A stretch of DNA of 18,705 nt from an uncultured bacterium (GTDB lineage Bacteria; Gemmatimonadota; Gemmatimonadetes; Gemmatimonadales; Gemmatimonadaceae). Below are positions 16,032 through 18,705 of this stretch, piece after piece (the stretch's first letter is position 1; the number at the start of each line of letters is the position of its first letter). Position numbers and translations under genes: made by a program. Under the pieces are notes generated by a model, which did not search any database, was not told the origin of the DNA, and saw only the letters and a program-made list of their open reading frames with translations. Location of the stretch: the NCBI GenBank assembly GCA_963978095.1, contig CAXBQP010000054.1, forward strand, positions 1-18,705, given 5' to 3'.

Positions 16032-17747
16032 TCATGGGCACGCGCCGGTGAATGTCTCGATCACGTTCTTGGTCTTGGAGGTGGCGCCGGCGGCCTGGGC
16101 CCGCTTGGCCGCCGTACATGCCTCGGTGTCGCGGCCGAGGAGCGAATACGCGAGCGCCTGCGCGGTGTATGCGGTGCCCAGACTCGTCCCCTTGAGGTTT
16201 TCCAGGTACGACGTATTCACGATGCCGACGACGGCGCGTGCATCGTCCTTCGACGCGCTCTTCGCATACACCCGGTCATACAGGGCATCAGGACTCGCGA
16301 CGGGAGCCGATGCGGCGGTCTCGCGTGCCGGCGGGGCGGCGCCGGCGGCTGGCGCGTCCGCGGCGCCCTTCTTCGCGTCGGCGCTCTTGGCGCCGCCGGT
16401 CTTCAACTCCGCGGACATGTTCTGCGTCTTTCCGGCCGCCGTTTTCTTCCCCTCGCCGCTGTTGCCGGCGGTCGGCGTCGCTCCGGGTGCTGCGCCCCCC
16501 GCCGACGTCACGGCGGCCACCGCGGTGGATTCGGCGGCCGGCGCGGGCGCGGCGGAGTCGGTTTTGGACCCGGAGCCGCGAAGGGCGAAGAAGGCGATTG
16601 CCCCGACCACCAACACACCACCGCCGATCACGGCGGGGTTCATGCCACTCTTGGCCGGCGCGGTCGCCGCGGCGCCCGTGGTCGCAGCGCTCGCTGGCGA
16701 CTTCTCCGCAGGAGACGCGACTCGGGTAGCCGGGACCGCGGCCGCATTGGCGCTGATCACCATGGTGCCCATGTCCGCCACGACCGTCGCCGGCATCTTT
16801 TCGACGGCACGCGTCATGTCGCGCCCGAACTCCGGCGCGGTCTGGTACCGCTCGTTGGCGTCCCGCGCGAGCGCCTTGTCCATGACGCCCTGCAGCTCAG
16901 CGGACCACTGCCCATCGGGCTTCATCTCGGCCAGCTTCCTGGGCTGGTCGGTGAGTCGCATGATCATCGCTTCCTGCGCCGAGTTGCTCGGGAAGGGAAG
17001 CTTGCCGGTGAGGCAGTTGAAGGCGACGAGTCCGAGCGAGTAGATGTCGCTCCGTCCGTCCAGCTGATCGCCCGCGAGTTGCTCCGGGCTCATGTATTCC
17101 GGCGTGCCGACGACGAGCCCCGTCTTGGTCACCTTCTGCGCATCGCTCGTGCTCGCCTTCGCGATGCCGAAGTCCACCACCTTCACCAGGTCGCTGCCGT
17201 CACGGTTCCGGGCGATCATGATGTTGTCCGGCTTGAGATCGCGATGCACGATCCCGTAATCGTGGGCCACGCCCAACGCGTCGGCGGCCTGATGGATGAT
17301 CGAGGCTGCACGCGGAGCCGGCAGCGACCCGTTCTTCTCGATCAACGCGGTCAGCGACGGACCCTCGATGTACTCCATCGCGAGGAAGATCAACCCGTCC
17401 GGCGTCTCGCCGAAATCAAAGATCTGGCAGACGTTGGGGTGGTTGATCTTGCTCGCGTTGTTGGCTTCACGATTGAACCGGGCGATCGCGTCCGGGTCCT
17501 GCGTCATGCCCGGATTCATCACCTTCAGCGCGGCCTTGCGCTGCATCTTCACATGCTCGGCGAGGTACACCTGGCCCATCCCGCCCTCGCCGAGCTTCTT
17601 GATGATGTGGAACTGCGCGACGATCTGACCGACGAGATCGTTCGACTCGCCCCCAGCCGTACGGAGCGCCGAGCCGTCGCGCGGACAGAAGCGCTCGGAC
17701 ATCGGATATTCGGTGCCGCAAGTGGGGCAGATCTTCAGATTGTTCAC
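16032..17747 (-). CDS. Hanks-type Ser/Thr protein kinase with an N-terminal zinc ribbon, one TM helix and an extracytoplasmic helical domain (571 aa)
   Basis: CPTC-x10-CPRD ribbon. GEGGMG, AALK, HRDLKPDN, DFG, GTPEYMSPEQ, DIYSLG. TM 'AVIGGGVLVVGAIAFFAL'. Start GTG 17747 has a GTGA overlap with the upstream stop and GGAGAG before it. The track's extension to 18221 overlaps the FHA gene. Confidence 0.95.
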   Translation of the reverse strand: MNNLKICPTCGTEYPMSERFCPRDGSALRTAGGESNDLVGQIVAQFHIIKKLGEGGMGQVYLAEHVKMQRKAALKVMNPGMTQDPDAIARFNREANNASKINHPNVCQIFDFGETPDGLIFLAMEYIEGPSLTALIEKNGSLPAPRAASIIHQAADALGVAHDYGIVHRDLKPDNIMIARNRDGSDLVKVVDFGIAKASTSDAQKVTKTGLVVGTPEYMSPEQLAGDQLDGRSDIYSLGLVAFNCLTGKLPFPSNSAQEAMIMRLTDQPRKLAEMKPDGQWSAELQGVMDKALARDANERYQTAPEFGRDMTRAVEKMPATVVADMGTMVISANAAAVPATRVASPAEKSPASAATTGAAATAPAKSGMNPAVIGGGVLVVGAIAFFALRGSGSKTDSAAPAPAAESTAVAAVTSAGGAAPGATPTAGNSGEGKKTAAGKTQNMSAELKTGGAKSADAKKGAADAPAAGAAPPARETAASAPVASPDALYDRVYAKSASKDDARAVVGIVNTSYLENLKGTSLGTAYTAQALAYSLLGRDTEACTAAKRAQAAGATSKTKNVIETFTGACP

Positions 17748-18484
17748 AAGCTCTCCACGCGCAAGGTCTGGTCTCCGATCAGCATACGTTGTCCTGACTT
17801 CACTGCATGTTCGCCGCGCACGGCCACCGCGACGCCGTTTCTGCTCCCGTCGTCCCGCACCACGAAATCCAGATCCTCGCTCCGGATCTCGGCGTGCGTA
17901 CCGCTCATCGTCTTGTCGTACGGGAAGATCCAATCCCCGGACTCGCGACCGATCTTCACGCTGCGCCCCGGGGACAGGTACAACGAGTCGCGTCCACTCC
18001 CATCCGCGCGGAGTTGCGTCAAGACGGCGATGTCCGCGCCTGGGACGCTGGAGCCGAGCCGGCGCGTGAGGTCCGCCTCGGGCGGACGCGGTGCGGGATA
18101 CCCCAAGCGCCGGAACCGGATGATTTGCGACCCGATGAGAATTGTGTCCCCGTCGTGCAGACGATAGGGGGCGTCGATGAACAGCCAGGTCCCATTGCGG
18201 GCACCGAGGTCCCGGAGCCACAGGTCGCCGCCGCGCCGCGTCAGGACGGCGTGCACCGGACTGACGTAGAGATCGTTCGGGAAGGTCAGGTCCCCGTCAT
18301 CTCGGCCGATCGCGATCCGCGCGCCGTTGAGCGTGTATTCCTGCAGCACCTCACGACGCTCGTTGAGCCGCGTCACGCGCAGAGGGCGGCCCACGGTACC
18401 CGCCGGCGCCCCGCATTCGCGGCAGAATCGCGCGTCGGTGCTGCTCTCCGCCCCGCACCCGCTGCAATGCGTTCCCGTGGCCAT
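17744..18484 (-). CDS. Zinc-ribbon plus tandem FHA domain adaptor protein (246 aa)
   Basis: CSGC-x10-CREC. FHA1: IGR..VSPVH..RDLGARNGT. FHA2: IGR..MSGTH..RDDGSRNGV. No TM segment. Confidence 0.9.
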   Translation of the reverse strand: MATGTHCSGCGAESSTDARFCRECGAPAGTVGRPLRVTRLNERREVLQEYTLNGARIAIGRDDGDLTFPNDLYVSPVHAVLTRRGGDLWLRDLGARNGTWLFIDAPYRLHDGDTILIGSQIIRFRRLGYPAPRPPEADLTRRLGSSVPGADIAVLTQLRADGSGRDSLYLSPGRSVKIGRESGDWIFPYDKTMSGTHAEIRSEDLDFVVRDDGSRNGVAVAVRGEHAVKSGQRMLIGDQTLRVESL

Positions 18485-18543
18485 CGCTCCCGGAGTTCGA
18501 CGTACTGCGGCCCCTGACTACGCATGGACGTGGCCGTGGGGCG

Positions 18544-18549
18544 AATATA
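18544..18549 (-). promoter_or_regulatory. Candidate -10 element (TATATT) for the FHA-kinase-phosphatase-protease operon
   Basis: Near-consensus TANNNT on the minus strand, about 60 nt upstream of ATG 18484, in a GC-rich background. Confidence 0.45.
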
Positions 18550-18587
18550 GGGCGGTCGATGGGTAGCGGCTAGGCAGGGGCGCCCAT

Positions 18588-18593
18588 TATGGT
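18588..18593 (+). promoter_or_regulatory. Candidate -10 element (TATGGT) for the rightmost gene, probably leaderless or with a very short leader
   Basis: TANNNT 8 nt before ATG 18602, with no SD. Confidence 0.4.
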
Positions 18594-18601
18594 TGTGCGC
18601 A

Positions 18602-18705
18602 ATGGCTACTCCCTCGCGCATTTCGGCCCTCCGTCGGGCGTGGCTCGCCGGTGCGGCAAGCCTCATCGCGGCCGCGTGCGCGCCGCCACCCGTCCCGGCG
18701 CCGGC
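18602..18705 (+). CDS. 5' end of a putative lipoprotein (runs off the window; absent from the ORF track)
   Basis: Translates as MATPSRISALRRAWLAGAASLIAAACAPPPVPAP: basic n-region, hydrophobic h-region, lipobox-like AAAC, then a Pro-rich tether. Confidence 0.65.
   Translation, partial: MATPSRISALRRAWLAGAASLIAAACAPPPVPAP

Noticed and set aside
15915..16034. Selenocysteine readthrough of the kinase UGA (SECIS-like hairpin directly downstream, frame open to 15915)
   Set aside because: The hairpin spacing loosely fits a bacterial SECIS, but such stems are common at high GC. Kinases are not a known selenoprotein class, the protein ends naturally at a Cys-Pro, and no sel genes are visible.
15552..18167. 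871-aa + strand ORF
   Set aside because: Antisense shadow of the PP2C, kinase and FHA genes, which carry clear motifs. No recognisable domain.
17748..18221. 158-aa N-terminal extension of the kinase in the ORF track
   Set aside because: Overlaps the double-FHA gene in another frame. GTG 17747 has an SD and a GTGA overlap, and the zinc ribbon begins right after it.
13314..18484. Type VI secretion regulatory cluster, or PknB-type muropeptide-sensing kinase linked to the adjacent recycling operon
   Set aside because: No tss/tag structural genes in the window and no PASTA repeats. The two operons are merely convergent, which is weak evidence of shared function.
1..18705. CRISPR arrays, tRNA/rRNA, IS elements, integrases, tandem DNA repeats
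   Set aside because: None seen. Intergenic gaps are all under about 150 nt, and the low-complexity stretches are Ala/Pro-rich protein linkers.

Overview
High-GC bacterial chromosomal window, fully gene-dense, with no rRNA, tRNA, CRISPR array or mobile element that I can support. The gene content and style suggest Gemmatimonadota, but that is inference only. Left part (+ strand): 3' end of a membrane-anchored hypothetical protein, an HDAC/AcuC-family deacetylase, priA, then a hypothetical-Fur-CcdA unit. Middle: a lipoprotein gamma-glutamyltransferase and an MdlA-like ABC half-exporter (- strand), divergent from a tightly coupled peptidoglycan-sugar recycling operon murQ-anmK-nagZ (+ strand). 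Their intergenic region holds a symmetric pair of candidate -10 elements. Right part (- strand), the best candidate for an undescribed system, is a four-gene phospho-threonine module: zinc-ribbon/double-FHA adaptor, zinc-ribbon Hanks-type transmembrane kinase, tail-anchored PP2C phosphatase, and an FHA-TM-coiled-coil-trypsin protease. The kinase and protease linkers share an identical ATRVAS peptide encoded largely by different codons. The window ends in the start of a divergent lipoprotein gene. All calls come from motif recognition by eye; no database searches were run.
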